A program made the position numbers and the translations under genes. Shown one piece after another: positions 49,296 to 58,477 of a stretch of DNA of 60,655 nt. The stretch spans positions 1 through 60,655 of the IMG/VR virus record IMGVR_UViG_3300025671_000067; one strand, given 5' to 3'. Positions within the stretch are counted from its first letter, which is position 1, and each line of letters starts with the position of its first letter. The DNA comes from a virus (Duplodnaviria > Caudoviricetes). The notes under the pieces were generated by a model that was given only the letters and a program-made list of their open reading frames with translations, was not told the DNA's origin and searched no databases.

Positions 49296-50289
49296 TTGCC
49301 TTCCTCTGTTCTAACGCCACTTGGTCGGCGTATTGTTTTGGGGTTAGTCCTAAACGTTTTGCAAGCGTAAGCTGCGTGGGCGAAAGTCTAATCTTCCTTG
49401 GGGCCGTGCTTCGCGTAGCAGGAGCCACCACATTAGATTGTCTTTTCGGTTTTTCGACTACCTCACCAAGTTCATCCTCGAATTGTCCGGGGAATACTTC
49501 TCTCATGCGAGAGTCTATCCTCTCGTAGTACTCATTGCTCTGGGGGTCTACCCCGAGTTTGACAAGCTTTGTATGCAATCCCAGCGCAAAACTCGTCATT
49601 TCATCGTCATTTCCGAACCATGTGTTGTATTTAGCCCAATCACTAGCTCGTTCATCGACGGGTGCCGGTATGTTCTGTTGTGTATCTTCCACTGTTTGTA
49701 CAGGAGTTTCAACCTCCTGTAAAGCATCAGGTTTCAAGTTATTTAACCTATCTGCTTTAATCTTAGCGTTAGTTAATTTTTCTTGTGCCTCTAACAACTT
49801 ATCAGCGTCACCCGCTTCATAAGCTTGCTTGTACTGACGCTTGGCTATAATCATCTCACCAGCAGCGGTCTTTTTAGCTTGCTCTAGAAGAGCTTCTTGG
49901 TTCTGATTAACTGTACCTTTTAGCTTTTTATTTTCTTCTAAAAGGGTACGACTAAACCGCTCTAGTTCTTCTCGTTGTCGCGCTTCTTCACGTCGTTGAG
50001 CCGTTAACTTCGCAATACGTTTGTTAACTTTCTTTGAGTACCCATCTAATTCTTCTTTAGTAGGTTCGTCAGGTAAGTCTTCATCGTCGTTATTGTTATC
50101 GGCAACTTGTTTAACGGGTTCTTCTATTTCTAGTTCAGGCTCAACGTCAACTTCTACCTCGTTTTCTATCTCGTTAGAGTCTTGTTTACGGTTTTTGCCT
50201 ATGACTTCTGCACTGGATGGTTCAATTTCAATCTCAATGCTTTCTTCTTTTTCGTCAGGAAACTCAAATTCAACTTTTTGAAAGGGCAT
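49288..50289 (-). CDS. Putative scaffolding protein
   Basis: Acidic N-terminus, long coiled coil, C-terminal AKRLGLTPKQYA. Confidence 0.7.
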   Translation of the reverse strand: MPFQKVEFEFPDEKEESIEIEIEPSSAEVIGKNRKQDSNEIENEVEVDVEPELEIEEPVKQVADNNNDDEDLPDEPTKEELDGYSKKVNKRIAKLTAQRREEARQREELERFSRTLLEENKKLKGTVNQNQEALLEQAKKTAAGEMIIAKRQYKQAYEAGDADKLLEAQEKLTNAKIKADRLNNLKPDALQEVETPVQTVEDTQQNIPAPVDERASDWAKYNTWFGNDDEMTSFALGLHTKLVKLGVDPQSNEYYERIDSRMREVFPGQFEDELGEVVEKPKRQSNVVAPATRSTAPRKIRLSPTQLTLAKRLGLTPKQYADQVALEQRKANG

Positions 50290-50299
50290 TATCTACTCC

Positions 50300-50680
50300 T
50301 TATGCGCGGGTAATACCGCGTGGGTCAGCAACCACAGCCTCAATAGAGTCATCGTTCATCAAACGATACTCTACACCATTAACCTTAAACCTAGTACCCG
50401 TATTAGCACGAAACATAACGTAATCGCCTTGTTTGCACCACGGGCCTGTCGGGAACCGGTCTTCATCAGCATAAGCTTGTTGGCCCATGTCCAATACCAA
50501 ACCAATAATCGACATAACATGTTCATGGTTAATAGTAGTAGCAGATTTAACGAGTCCAGATTCCCCAAACGTCTCTTCGACTTGGGGTAATGCAACTAGA
50601 ACTCGGTAGCCTACCGGCACAGGGAGTTGGTTTTCTATATCTTCTTGAGTTAGTTGAATTTCAGCGACAGCTTCACTCAT
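50300..50680 (-). CDS. groES: GroES/Cpn10 co-chaperonin
   Basis: PVGYRVLV...ESGLV...VLDMG...CKQGDYVMF...EYRLMNDDSIEAVV. Confidence 0.88.
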   Translation of the reverse strand: MSEAVAEIQLTQEDIENQLPVPVGYRVLVALPQVEETFGESGLVKSATTINHEHVMSIIGLVLDMGQQAYADEDRFPTGPWCKQGDYVMFRANTGTRFKVNGVEYRLMNDDSIEAVVADPRGITRA

Positions 50681-50870
50681 CGTCATCATCCATGTAGTTT
50701 CGGGCAAGGCCATTTATATGGGACAAACAGGTCTCTAGACCTCGAATCAAGCCTGTTGCTTCCTTGTACTGGGTGAAGTCTTTAGCTCCCCCCGACGCAA
50801 GAAAATCCACTGCAGAGGAGCGATCCTCCTCTATTTTATCTCTTAGCACGTCAAAGACGGTTTTAGCCAT
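50673..50870 (-). CDS. Small protein between portal and GroES
   Basis: 65 aa helical; TAATG coupling to the portal gene. Confidence 0.75.
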   Translation of the reverse strand: MAKTVFDVLRDKIEEDRSSAVDFLASGGAKDFTQYKEATGLIRGLETCLSHINGLARNYMDDDDE

Positions 50871-53335
50871 TACTGACCCTTATTCTGTTGTTCTATAAGT
50901 CGCATAAGCTCTAAATCTAACTTCTCTTTGTTATTTTGTTTGTCTAACGCAATTTTGACGCCTTCTTTTTGGGCTTCAATAGAGAGTTCTTGTTTATCTA
51001 GCTTAAGTTGTTCTACCTCTAAAGCAGCGTCTACCCGATCCTTTTGAGCCTTACGCTGTTGTTCTGCTTGACGGATTTGTATATCTGCAGCATCTTTTTG
51101 AGCCTTCCGTTGGACTTCTTGCTGTTTTACTGCTAGTTCTTGTTGCTGTAACTGGAATACAGGGTCTTGCGCCTGTTGCTGAGCTTGTTGCTGTGCAGCC
51201 TGTTGTTGATGGGCTTGTGTTAGCTGTGTGCCCGCTTTAGCCATTAACTGAGCTAAAGTAACCTCAATGCTTTCTGGAAGTTCTTCGTTTGGTGCGGGGA
51301 GAGGCGCTCCTAACTTTTCTTCTATTTGCTTACGGTAGTTAAACCCTAAGTGTTGTGCTAAATGCGCTTGTAAAGCAGCCATAATTGCCTGCCCTTGCGG
51401 GTTCTGCCCAATCATTTGAGCAACCATAGGATCTTGCATAAACGCTTGATGCGTTGTTATATGCGCGTCATGATCTTGGTATATAAACGCTTTAAGTGGT
51501 TTACCATTGAGTGCATCCATGTTTTCACTAACTGGATCAGTCGGTTTAAGATCATCTTGAGTCGGGACAAGTTTATCTGCATTTTTAACTCCTAATACCT
51601 CGATCATCTGTCGATGTAATTGAGGTAGGTCGTATATTTGTGGCGCTGACTGAGCCATCTGCAATACCGCTTGGTATTGAACAACCCGCTGCGCCATTGT
51701 TGAGCTGTTAGGATCACTGACAGGAATAACATCTACTGTCATATAGTCCGCTACCCGTGCGCTTACTTCTCCACGGATAGGCATATAGTCATACTCTGTC
51801 GGGGCGTACTCCGACATAATCGCCTTGAGCATCTTGAATTCTTGCTTCATGGCGTAGTGAACGCGGGCTTGTACCGCAGCCATCGGCTTCAATGTACGTT
51901 CTAACAGAGCTAGTGTGGTTCCAACTGGCGCATTGGCCGACATATCAGAGATGTCCATATCACTGATAGCACCGAGCCTACGACCTTCCGTAGTAATCTG
52001 GTTCAGCAACGCGAGCAGCGTTTGGCTTGGCTCCTTATAAGGAAGTGGCATGATGTTGTCGCGGATCGAGCCAGACGGTACATCAACGTCTTTCCACTCT
52101 CCCGGCTCAATCGGCGTGTCATCGCCTTTGATTCTCAACCCACGAGCTTTTAAACCCCCCGGAAGGTTAGATAGCGTACCAGCATCCACCAGTTGTCGTA
52201 TAAGCGACGTTCCAGCCTTGGCGTACCCTCCTATGATGTGGATCAAGCCAAGTCCGTAAAAACCAAATCCGGGCACGTATACATAGTGCACAAAATGCTG
52301 ACGCTTAAGATGTAGTAGATCTTCTTCTGCCCAGTTACGTCGGATAGCTAAAACTTCTCCGGTTCCTCTTTCGATGGTAACGACATAAGGCTTTGCAATC
52401 TCGTCTTTATCTTCGTCAACATCGTCAATAACGAGGTCCGCGTGTACTTCATAAACTGCATATCGATCATCATCAGTGAGTGAATATCCACCTTCTTCTG
52501 CTTTCCTTTTCTCTACGTCTGTATGGAAAGGTTGTGGGTCACCTAGTTCAACATCTCGATAAAACCCAATAGCCTGAAGCTTTCGTAATTCGTTTTTAGT
52601 CTTTCGCATGACGTGCGTAACACGCTCTGCGGTTTCAATGTGTGAAGCGCCATAAGGAATAATTACATCTTCAGCGGGAATATAAATAGCGACTTGACGG
52701 CCAATATTAGGATCAAAATAAACTTTCTTGAACGCGGATCCAGCTAGCCCAAGGCTATACAACATACGCTCATGCTCTGAACGATACTCGACCATCCGTT
52801 CAGTCAACTGATAGTTCATATCCGCCTTTACTCGTTCAGCGGCTTCAATCTTATCTGGTGTTTCTTCACCAAGAATCTTTACACGAACGGGACCAGCGGC
52901 TGGGAAAGTCTCACTCATCGTTTCTGCTTGGAAACGAATGGCGGCTTCGGCAAGTACCGTCGAGTAAACTCCGCAGGCTCCTTCCCACGGATCAGTGCGT
53001 TCTTCGTACTTAAACCCTAATACGTCCAGTCCTTTAACAAACGTATCAGCCCAGTCTTTGCGGCTATCAATATCTGCATCGATAAGCCCAAGTAAATCTT
53101 GTGAAAGCCCTTGCAACGTATTTTCATCTAACCCTTCTGCAAGGTTGGCATCAAACGCCATCATGTCTACTTCATTAGCATCTGGAATTATTGTTATCTC
53201 CATGCTGCCATCAGATAGCGTGACCATCTCTGGGTCAACGATTTCTATCTCTAGCTCAGCGGATTCTCCCTCTTCAAACTCCATAACGTCATCAAGACCT
53301 TCGGGAGCCGCATACAAACCTTTTTCAATCGCCAT
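50870..53335 (-). CDS. Portal protein
   Basis: 821 aa after TerL; GSAFKKVY, GFGFYGLGL, LVDAGTLSNLP; Q-rich C-terminal barrel. Confidence 0.9.
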   Translation of the reverse strand: MAIEKGLYAAPEGLDDVMEFEEGESAELEIEIVDPEMVTLSDGSMEITIIPDANEVDMMAFDANLAEGLDENTLQGLSQDLLGLIDADIDSRKDWADTFVKGLDVLGFKYEERTDPWEGACGVYSTVLAEAAIRFQAETMSETFPAAGPVRVKILGEETPDKIEAAERVKADMNYQLTERMVEYRSEHERMLYSLGLAGSAFKKVYFDPNIGRQVAIYIPAEDVIIPYGASHIETAERVTHVMRKTKNELRKLQAIGFYRDVELGDPQPFHTDVEKRKAEEGGYSLTDDDRYAVYEVHADLVIDDVDEDKDEIAKPYVVTIERGTGEVLAIRRNWAEEDLLHLKRQHFVHYVYVPGFGFYGLGLIHIIGGYAKAGTSLIRQLVDAGTLSNLPGGLKARGLRIKGDDTPIEPGEWKDVDVPSGSIRDNIMPLPYKEPSQTLLALLNQITTEGRRLGAISDMDISDMSANAPVGTTLALLERTLKPMAAVQARVHYAMKQEFKMLKAIMSEYAPTEYDYMPIRGEVSARVADYMTVDVIPVSDPNSSTMAQRVVQYQAVLQMAQSAPQIYDLPQLHRQMIEVLGVKNADKLVPTQDDLKPTDPVSENMDALNGKPLKAFIYQDHDAHITTHQAFMQDPMVAQMIGQNPQGQAIMAALQAHLAQHLGFNYRKQIEEKLGAPLPAPNEELPESIEVTLAQLMAKAGTQLTQAHQQQAAQQQAQQQAQDPVFQLQQQELAVKQQEVQRKAQKDAADIQIRQAEQQRKAQKDRVDAALEVEQLKLDKQELSIEAQKEGVKIALDKQNNKEKLDLELMRLIEQQNKGQ

Positions 53336-53346
53336 AATTCATACTC

Positions 53347-54900
53347 TTAGTAGTATCCACCGCGTCGTTGTTTGAAATACCTTTGTTCTTCAGGTTCATC
53401 AGTTGGCAAGCGTATGAATCCACCTTGTCTAAAACGCATTAACGCCATGACAGTAGAGTCAACCAAGTCATCATGGCTCATAAACGGGAATCCAGCAATC
53501 TCTTCGACTACTTCCTCTGCCCAACGAGTTTCGGGTATCCATACCAGACCCGATGCTACAATATCAGCTACAGAATTTAAACGCGCTAGTTTATCACCAG
53601 ATCCTCTATGCGGTGTATATTCTTGCACAGGTAGTCCCATCCTACGCATCTCTTGATAGAGTGCGGTACCTGCGCTCTTCTTCTCCACAATAAACGCATC
53701 AGGCTCCCAATCTGCATACTCTTCCATAGCTAGCTGCTTTAGTTCAGGAAACTCTAATCGCTGTTTGATGCTGTTAAGTAGGATGATGTTATAGGCATCT
53801 ACCTCTTCGTTAAAGAACACACCCCACGTAGTCAGCGCGGTGAAGTCCGCACGGTTATGTTTTTCTGCCGCTGCGTCCAACGACATGATGATGTACTCAC
53901 AACTAGGCGGGGTATCCCTACCCCAATGTTGCCACCATTCTCGCTTAATTAACGCAGCTTCTTCTGCTGTTGGTTCCTGTTGGTACTGCGCGTTCCACTG
54001 GAATGTCGGCATCGACGCCTTAGTCCGTAGTAAAGCGTCTAAATCAAAAAACTCCGGCCATAGGGGTTTTTGAATCGGTTTACCTGTATCCTTATCTTCA
54101 AGGTCTAGTATGGCTGGAAATTCTATTACCTCAAAGCTATCGGCCCGATCATTCTGGGTCATATCTCTAATTACACGCCCAGTTAGATCATCCATGTGCC
54201 ATCGAGTCTGGATAATCGCTACGCGGCCTCCCGGCATCAAACGAGTACGAGCACCGAACGTATACCATTCATACGCCTTCTCAAACACCGAAAAGTTACC
54301 GTTAATTACGTCCTGCTCTGAGTGAGGATCGTCAACCAGTAACAAATCCGCACCACGACCTGCTAACGCAGAACCTACGCCGCACGCGTAGTACTCACCA
54401 CCTACATTAGTATTCCAACGGCCAGCCGACTTAGAGTCAACCGCAAGTGACACGGTAGGAAAGATAGATTTATAGGAGTCGGTGTTAATTAAGTTCCTTA
54501 CTTTCCTACCAAAGTCTACTGCGAGGTCCGTGGTGTGTGACACCATCATGACCTTCTTATTAGGGTTCCGCCCCAGAAACCACGCCGGAAAGAATATAGA
54601 TACTAACTGTGATTTTCCGTGGCGGGGCGGAATATTAACGCAGATACGATCTTTATCGCCCCGCTCAATTGCCATGAGCATATCTGCCAAAATTCGGTGA
54701 TGCTGCCCTACAATGTAGTCAGGCTGCATCGCTTTACAGAACTCTATTAGATCGTCATAAGCTAACTTGTTCTGCTTACGTGTACTTAGTTCATCGACTA
54801 GACGATCAATTTCTACTACTTCTTCGGGGGTGTAGGCATCAAGATTATCCAACATCACTTGGATTTCTTCTTCTGTGAAGTCTAATGCGACTTCACTCAT
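53347..54900 (-). CDS. terL: Terminase large subunit
   Basis: PPRHGKS Walker A, LLVDDPH Walker B, QTRWH, HDDLVDS nuclease motif. Confidence 0.95.
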   Translation of the reverse strand: MSEVALDFTEEEIQVMLDNLDAYTPEEVVEIDRLVDELSTRKQNKLAYDDLIEFCKAMQPDYIVGQHHRILADMLMAIERGDKDRICVNIPPRHGKSQLVSIFFPAWFLGRNPNKKVMMVSHTTDLAVDFGRKVRNLINTDSYKSIFPTVSLAVDSKSAGRWNTNVGGEYYACGVGSALAGRGADLLLVDDPHSEQDVINGNFSVFEKAYEWYTFGARTRLMPGGRVAIIQTRWHMDDLTGRVIRDMTQNDRADSFEVIEFPAILDLEDKDTGKPIQKPLWPEFFDLDALLRTKASMPTFQWNAQYQQEPTAEEAALIKREWWQHWGRDTPPSCEYIIMSLDAAAEKHNRADFTALTTWGVFFNEEVDAYNIILLNSIKQRLEFPELKQLAMEEYADWEPDAFIVEKKSAGTALYQEMRRMGLPVQEYTPHRGSGDKLARLNSVADIVASGLVWIPETRWAEEVVEEIAGFPFMSHDDLVDSTVMALMRFRQGGFIRLPTDEPEEQRYFKQRRGGYY

Positions 54901-55519
54901 CGTCATACCCCTCATCATCAGGCTTTTCTATAGGTTTTAACCCCAATTTCTCATCCAAATCGATGATTTCCCCCTCTAAAACCACGGGAGCGTTCAATTC
55001 TTGGGGTGGATTTACTAATTTCTCTAGCTTTAAGCGCAGTTTTGCCCGTAAGTCATCCGTTGACTGATGAGTAATAGTCACTTCTGACTTTTCTGCAAAC
55101 AAACTTACATCAGATATCTTACCTAACAGCTCTAGTGCACGAATACGTACCCTTGGGTCTGGGTTCTCTGACTCTAACAGGAGCTTGTTTGTAACTAAAT
55201 GACGGATCTGGACTGCGCTTTCCGCAATAGAGTGCCCAAACTCTTGCAATATATTGCCTGTTAGGATTAAAGACGCGGGGGTCATTTTTGCGGTTTTAGC
55301 TAAAGATACTTTCTTAGACGTGCTTGCTGGGTTTTCAGCATAGTCTGCTGCTATACCTGCAGCTACATCCTTATCCGCTATGGTTGGGGTAATGTTTAAC
55401 CCATGTTCGGACAAAAGCATCGCTGTATTACACGCAGCCTCGGCTCGGATGCGAAGATCCGGGTATGGGATGTTGTCAGCTAGCGGTATTCCCACTTCTG
55501 GCGTAACAATCACTGTCAT
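54893..55519 (-). CDS. terS: Putative terminase small subunit
   Basis: Directly upstream of terL; RIRALELLGK motif. Confidence 0.7.
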   Translation of the reverse strand: MTVIVTPEVGIPLADNIPYPDLRIRAEAACNTAMLLSEHGLNITPTIADKDVAAGIAADYAENPASTSKKVSLAKTAKMTPASLILTGNILQEFGHSIAESAVQIRHLVTNKLLLESENPDPRVRIRALELLGKISDVSLFAEKSEVTITHQSTDDLRAKLRLKLEKLVNPPQELNAPVVLEGEIIDLDEKLGLKPIEKPDDEGYDDE

Positions 55520-55776
55520 AAATATGTACTAGCTCATAGCTAACGGCATAAATCTACATAAAAAATAATTTTTATGCAAGGAGGTTGGGACTCCTATCGG
55601 GGGGTGTTCCTATATACGAGGGGGTGGGGGGTCGGAACTCAAAAAATTGGTCGTTATTCGTGGGAATTAGTAATGCTGGAGTAATGCTGGAGTCCCAGTA
55701 GATGACGGGGTGTATAGGGGGCGGGTAGGGGCTTGCGTCAGGAAAAATGGGACCGGCATGCTGTATCGATTATTTA

Positions 55777-55804
55777 TAGACAATGCCGGATCTCGTGGTA
55801 ACTT
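55777..55804 (+). promoter_or_regulatory. Putative sigma70 early promoter
   Basis: TAGACA-16 bp-TAACTT with TG extension. Confidence 0.45.
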
Positions 55805-55837
55805 GTTAACAGGTCGGGGGGAAACGCCTTCCGATTC

Positions 55838-55861
55838 GCCAGTATGGAATTCCATACTGGC
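55838..55861. promoter_or_regulatory. Palindromic repeat copy 1 (24 bp perfect)
   Basis: GCCAGTATGGAATTCCATACTGGC. Confidence 0.85.
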
Positions 55862-55890
55862 TAACATTAACGAAATAGAGAGATAAAACT

Positions 55891-56493
55891 ATGGCTAATC
55901 AGAAACAAGCTGGATCACTGGTAATGGGCTTCAACGGCAAGATGACGCTGGAACTGTCCAAAGGCATCCTATCCTTTGAAAACAAGGCTAAGGGGGCTGA
56001 AACAGCCAGAGGCGTAGTGCTAGACCAGTTAGAGGATGATGGATGGGATCCTACTGTGGATTTCAATTCTGGAACTGAAACTAGGGAATGGTTGAAACAG
56101 CAAATCACCCAAGCCAAATACGGCAAGGATGGATTGATCCGATACCTAAGCAAGAAGGGTGATATATCGGAAGAGCAATGGGCGCAACGGGATTATGAGC
56201 AGGCGCAAGTCTCTAGCAGGCTGACCAATTTCAAGACTGCCCTCACTAAACGATTGGCTAAAGCTGCACTAATCGCTGCAGGTAAAGATCCCAAGGCTGA
56301 GGCTGAAAAAGAGAAGGCTCGAAAGGCTGCGGAGAATACGCCAGCTAAAAGGCTCACTACCTTGATGGACTCAGCCAAAAAACTGCTCATGAATGCTGAG
56401 AATGAGTTTCCAGCTGGACTCAATAAGCAGGCTCACCTTGAGCGCATCGACAAGATACTGGCTAACCTCGGCAGTGTCGAACAAGCTGACTGA
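55891..56493 (+). CDS. Hypothetical early protein (monocistronic)
   Basis: 200 aa, between a promoter/palindrome and a strong terminator. Confidence 0.8.
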   Translation: MANQKQAGSLVMGFNGKMTLELSKGILSFENKAKGAETARGVVLDQLEDDGWDPTVDFNSGTETREWLKQQITQAKYGKDGLIRYLSKKGDISEEQWAQRDYEQAQVSSRLTNFKTALTKRLAKAALIAAGKDPKAEAEKEKARKAAENTPAKRLTTLMDSAKKLLMNAENEFPAGLNKQAHLERIDKILANLGSVEQAD

Positions 56494-56499
56494 CCTATG

Positions 56500-56525
56500 G
56501 CCCCTCTTCGGAGGGGCTTTTTTTT
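56500..56525 (+). terminator. Rho-independent terminator
   Basis: GCCCCTC-TTCG-GAGGGGC followed by T8. Confidence 0.92.
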
Positions 56526-56536
56526 GTCTCAAATTT

Positions 56537-56620
56537 TTGATACCAGTTCCCGTAGTAGCGCGGCGCATCATGTATTTTCCCACTAACAAATTGATACCAG
56601 TTCCCGTAGTAGCGCAGCGC
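56537..56620. repeat. 30-bp direct repeat, 2 copies
   Basis: TTGATACCAGTTCCCGTAGTAGCGC(G/A)GCGC at 56537 and 56591. Confidence 0.9.
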
Positions 56621-56625
56621 GTAAA

Positions 56626-56649
56626 GCCAGTATGGAATTCCATACCAGC
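56626..56649. promoter_or_regulatory. Palindromic repeat copy 2 (16-bp perfect core)
   Basis: GCCAGTATGGAATTCCATACCAGC. Confidence 0.8.
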
Positions 56650-57015
56650 AATGTTCCCGTAATGTTCCGTAATGTTCCGTGAATGTTCGGTAATTCAGCA
56701 CTCGTTTTACTACATTATATTCCGTGTAATTTGATGTAGTCTGGTGTAGTTGGGTGTAATGTGTGGCAGTCAAAAAGCTCTATATATATATATTTATTAA
56801 TAATGTTCTATAAATAAAAATATACTTGGGCCTGTTTTGTTCAACCTATCCCATAACATGTTTTCACATAAATGTTCCCAAAAAACTTTCCTCTTCCGAA
56901 GTAAGAGAAAGCTAGACTCCATTTCTCAGTTTTACAGAACATTCGCTACATTCTTTGATTTTCAAATAGTTACGCCATTTTCGGGCCGAACATTACCGGA
57001 ACATTCAAGAACATT
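56650..57015. other. Putative replication origin (inverted iterons and an AT-rich core)
   Basis: AATGTTC x6, then GAACATT x4; near-pure A/T tract at 56781-56824. Confidence 0.55.
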
Positions 57016-57061
57016 TATTGTTTGACATCGTAATACACAATACTTGACAACAATCCATCAT

Positions 57062-57090
57062 TTGACATAGGACTCTATCTATGCGATAAT
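57062..57090 (+). promoter_or_regulatory. Near-consensus sigma70 promoter
   Basis: TTGACA-17 bp-GATAAT; two further TTGACA at 57022 and 57044. Confidence 0.75.
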
Positions 57091-57127
57091 GTGTTTGTGA
57101 GTGAGGGTATTGCGCCTTTATTTCACC

Positions 57128-57149
57128 CCAGTATGGAATTCCATACTGG
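57128..57149. promoter_or_regulatory. Palindromic repeat copy 3 (22 bp perfect)
   Basis: CCAGTATGGAATTCCATACTGG. Confidence 0.85.
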
Positions 57150-57181
57150 TTATCTCTCAAACAAAACAGGAGGTTACAGCA

Positions 57182-58102
57182 ATGGATGTTCAACCCACAT
57201 TGCAAGTAGTACCAGAGGTAGCGACACCATCTATTCAGTCAAGCGCCATGCTCGTTGAGTTCAGCGCGTCTGTGTGGACAGGTCGTAAGAAAGACAAACA
57301 CGCGTCAGCAGACGTTACCTTTCGTAACAATGCAAACAAAGGCACAGCCAATGTGAGTAAGAAATTACTTGGTGACTGTGACGAGCTGGATGCGGTACAG
57401 AAGTTCGTCGGTATCGTGCGGAACGAGCACTATCGCATGACAATGCCGTGGTCAGATCTGGGTCAACGTCTGATACCCACCGCATTGTTCTTCGACTACC
57501 GACAGCGAATGTCACAGCATGAGCAAGAGTTCGATCGTTTGGTGCAAGCGTTCCTTGATGTGTACGATTGGGAAGTGATCCAAGCCAAGACCAAGCTCGG
57601 TGATTTGTTCAACGATACGGATTACCTATCGCGGCACGCGCTCGACAAAAAGTTCCGATTCAGTGTGACAGCAGTACCCGTGCCTGAGTCCGGTGACTTT
57701 CGTATTGACTTGGCGAACGAGCAAGCAAGCATCCTGAAAACAGAATATCAGGAACACTACGAACGACAGATAAACCGAGCGATGGGTGACGTGTTCAATC
57801 GCACGCGCACGTATCTCGAACGTCTGTATAACAGTCTTGACTACAACGAAGGTGAGCGGCGCAAGAAGCTCGTGCAGGGTACGTTCGACAACGTGATGGA
57901 CATGATTGACATGCTCAAAGCGTGCAACCTAACGGGTGACACCCAGATGGAAGCGATACGCTTAAAGCTCGAAGATCAGTTCCGTGGTATCGGTAGGTTA
58001 CCCATATCACCAGAGGCGCTCAAAGAAGATAGTCACCTGCGTACCGAAACAAGATTGGTAATTGATGATGTCCTTAAGTCATTACCGTCATTGGACATGT
58101 AG
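57182..58102 (+). CDS. DUF3150-like early protein
   Basis: SAMLVEFSASVWTGRKKDK...TMPWSDLGQRLIP...GDFRIDL; AGGAGG RBS; upstream of the AAA/VWA pair. Confidence 0.65.
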   Translation: MDVQPTLQVVPEVATPSIQSSAMLVEFSASVWTGRKKDKHASADVTFRNNANKGTANVSKKLLGDCDELDAVQKFVGIVRNEHYRMTMPWSDLGQRLIPTALFFDYRQRMSQHEQEFDRLVQAFLDVYDWEVIQAKTKLGDLFNDTDYLSRHALDKKFRFSVTAVPVPESGDFRIDLANEQASILKTEYQEHYERQINRAMGDVFNRTRTYLERLYNSLDYNEGERRKKLVQGTFDNVMDMIDMLKACNLTGDTQMEAIRLKLEDQFRGIGRLPISPEALKEDSHLRTETRLVIDDVLKSLPSLDM

Positions 58103-58141
58103 TGCAGGTTTTCCGGTAACAAAACCAAGGAGGTGTCAAAA

Positions 58142-58456
58142 ATGAGATACACAGAACGAGAGTTTGATCTGTGGAATCGTGACGTACCAAAACCAGTCAC
58201 AGAGGAACCAACCGTGATCAACCGTCATCAAGCGTTCTATGAAGCGCGAGTCAGCGGTATGACAGCAGCGCAGCAGCGTGATCACATGTATATGTACACG
58301 AAGAAGAAAGAAGGGAGGCATTACTTCAAGCATATCGACACGCGGGAATACATGTCGTTCCCGATCCCACCAGATGGTGAGGATGTGGTCATCGAAGACG
58401 GTGAAGTGTTGCGTGGGTATGAGACGCGCATTGGGCACTTCAAGCTGTGCGAGTAA
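58142..58456 (+). CDS. Hypothetical early protein
   Basis: AAGGAGG RBS 8 nt upstream; YFKHIDTREY. Confidence 0.7.
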   Translation: MRYTEREFDLWNRDVPKPVTEEPTVINRHQAFYEARVSGMTAAQQRDHMYMYTKKKEGRHYFKHIDTREYMSFPIPPDGEDVVIEDGEVLRGYETRIGHFKLCE

Positions 58457-58459
58457 CAC

Positions 58460-58477
58460 AGTATGGAATTCCATACT
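58460..58477. promoter_or_regulatory. Palindromic repeat copy 4 (18 bp perfect)
   Basis: AGTATGGAATTCCATACT. Confidence 0.8.

Noticed and set aside
9962-54700. Many + strand ORFs antisense to the late genes
   Set aside because: Shadow frames of long minus-strand genes, with no RBS or recognisable motifs
55838-55861. Protelomerase (telRL) site
   Set aside because: Present in four copies rather than one, shorter than typical tel sites, and no protelomerase gene was seen
55838-58477. Palindromic repeats as a CRISPR array
   Set aside because: Spacing is irregular (about 790, 500 and 1330 bp) with whole genes in between, and there is no cas operon
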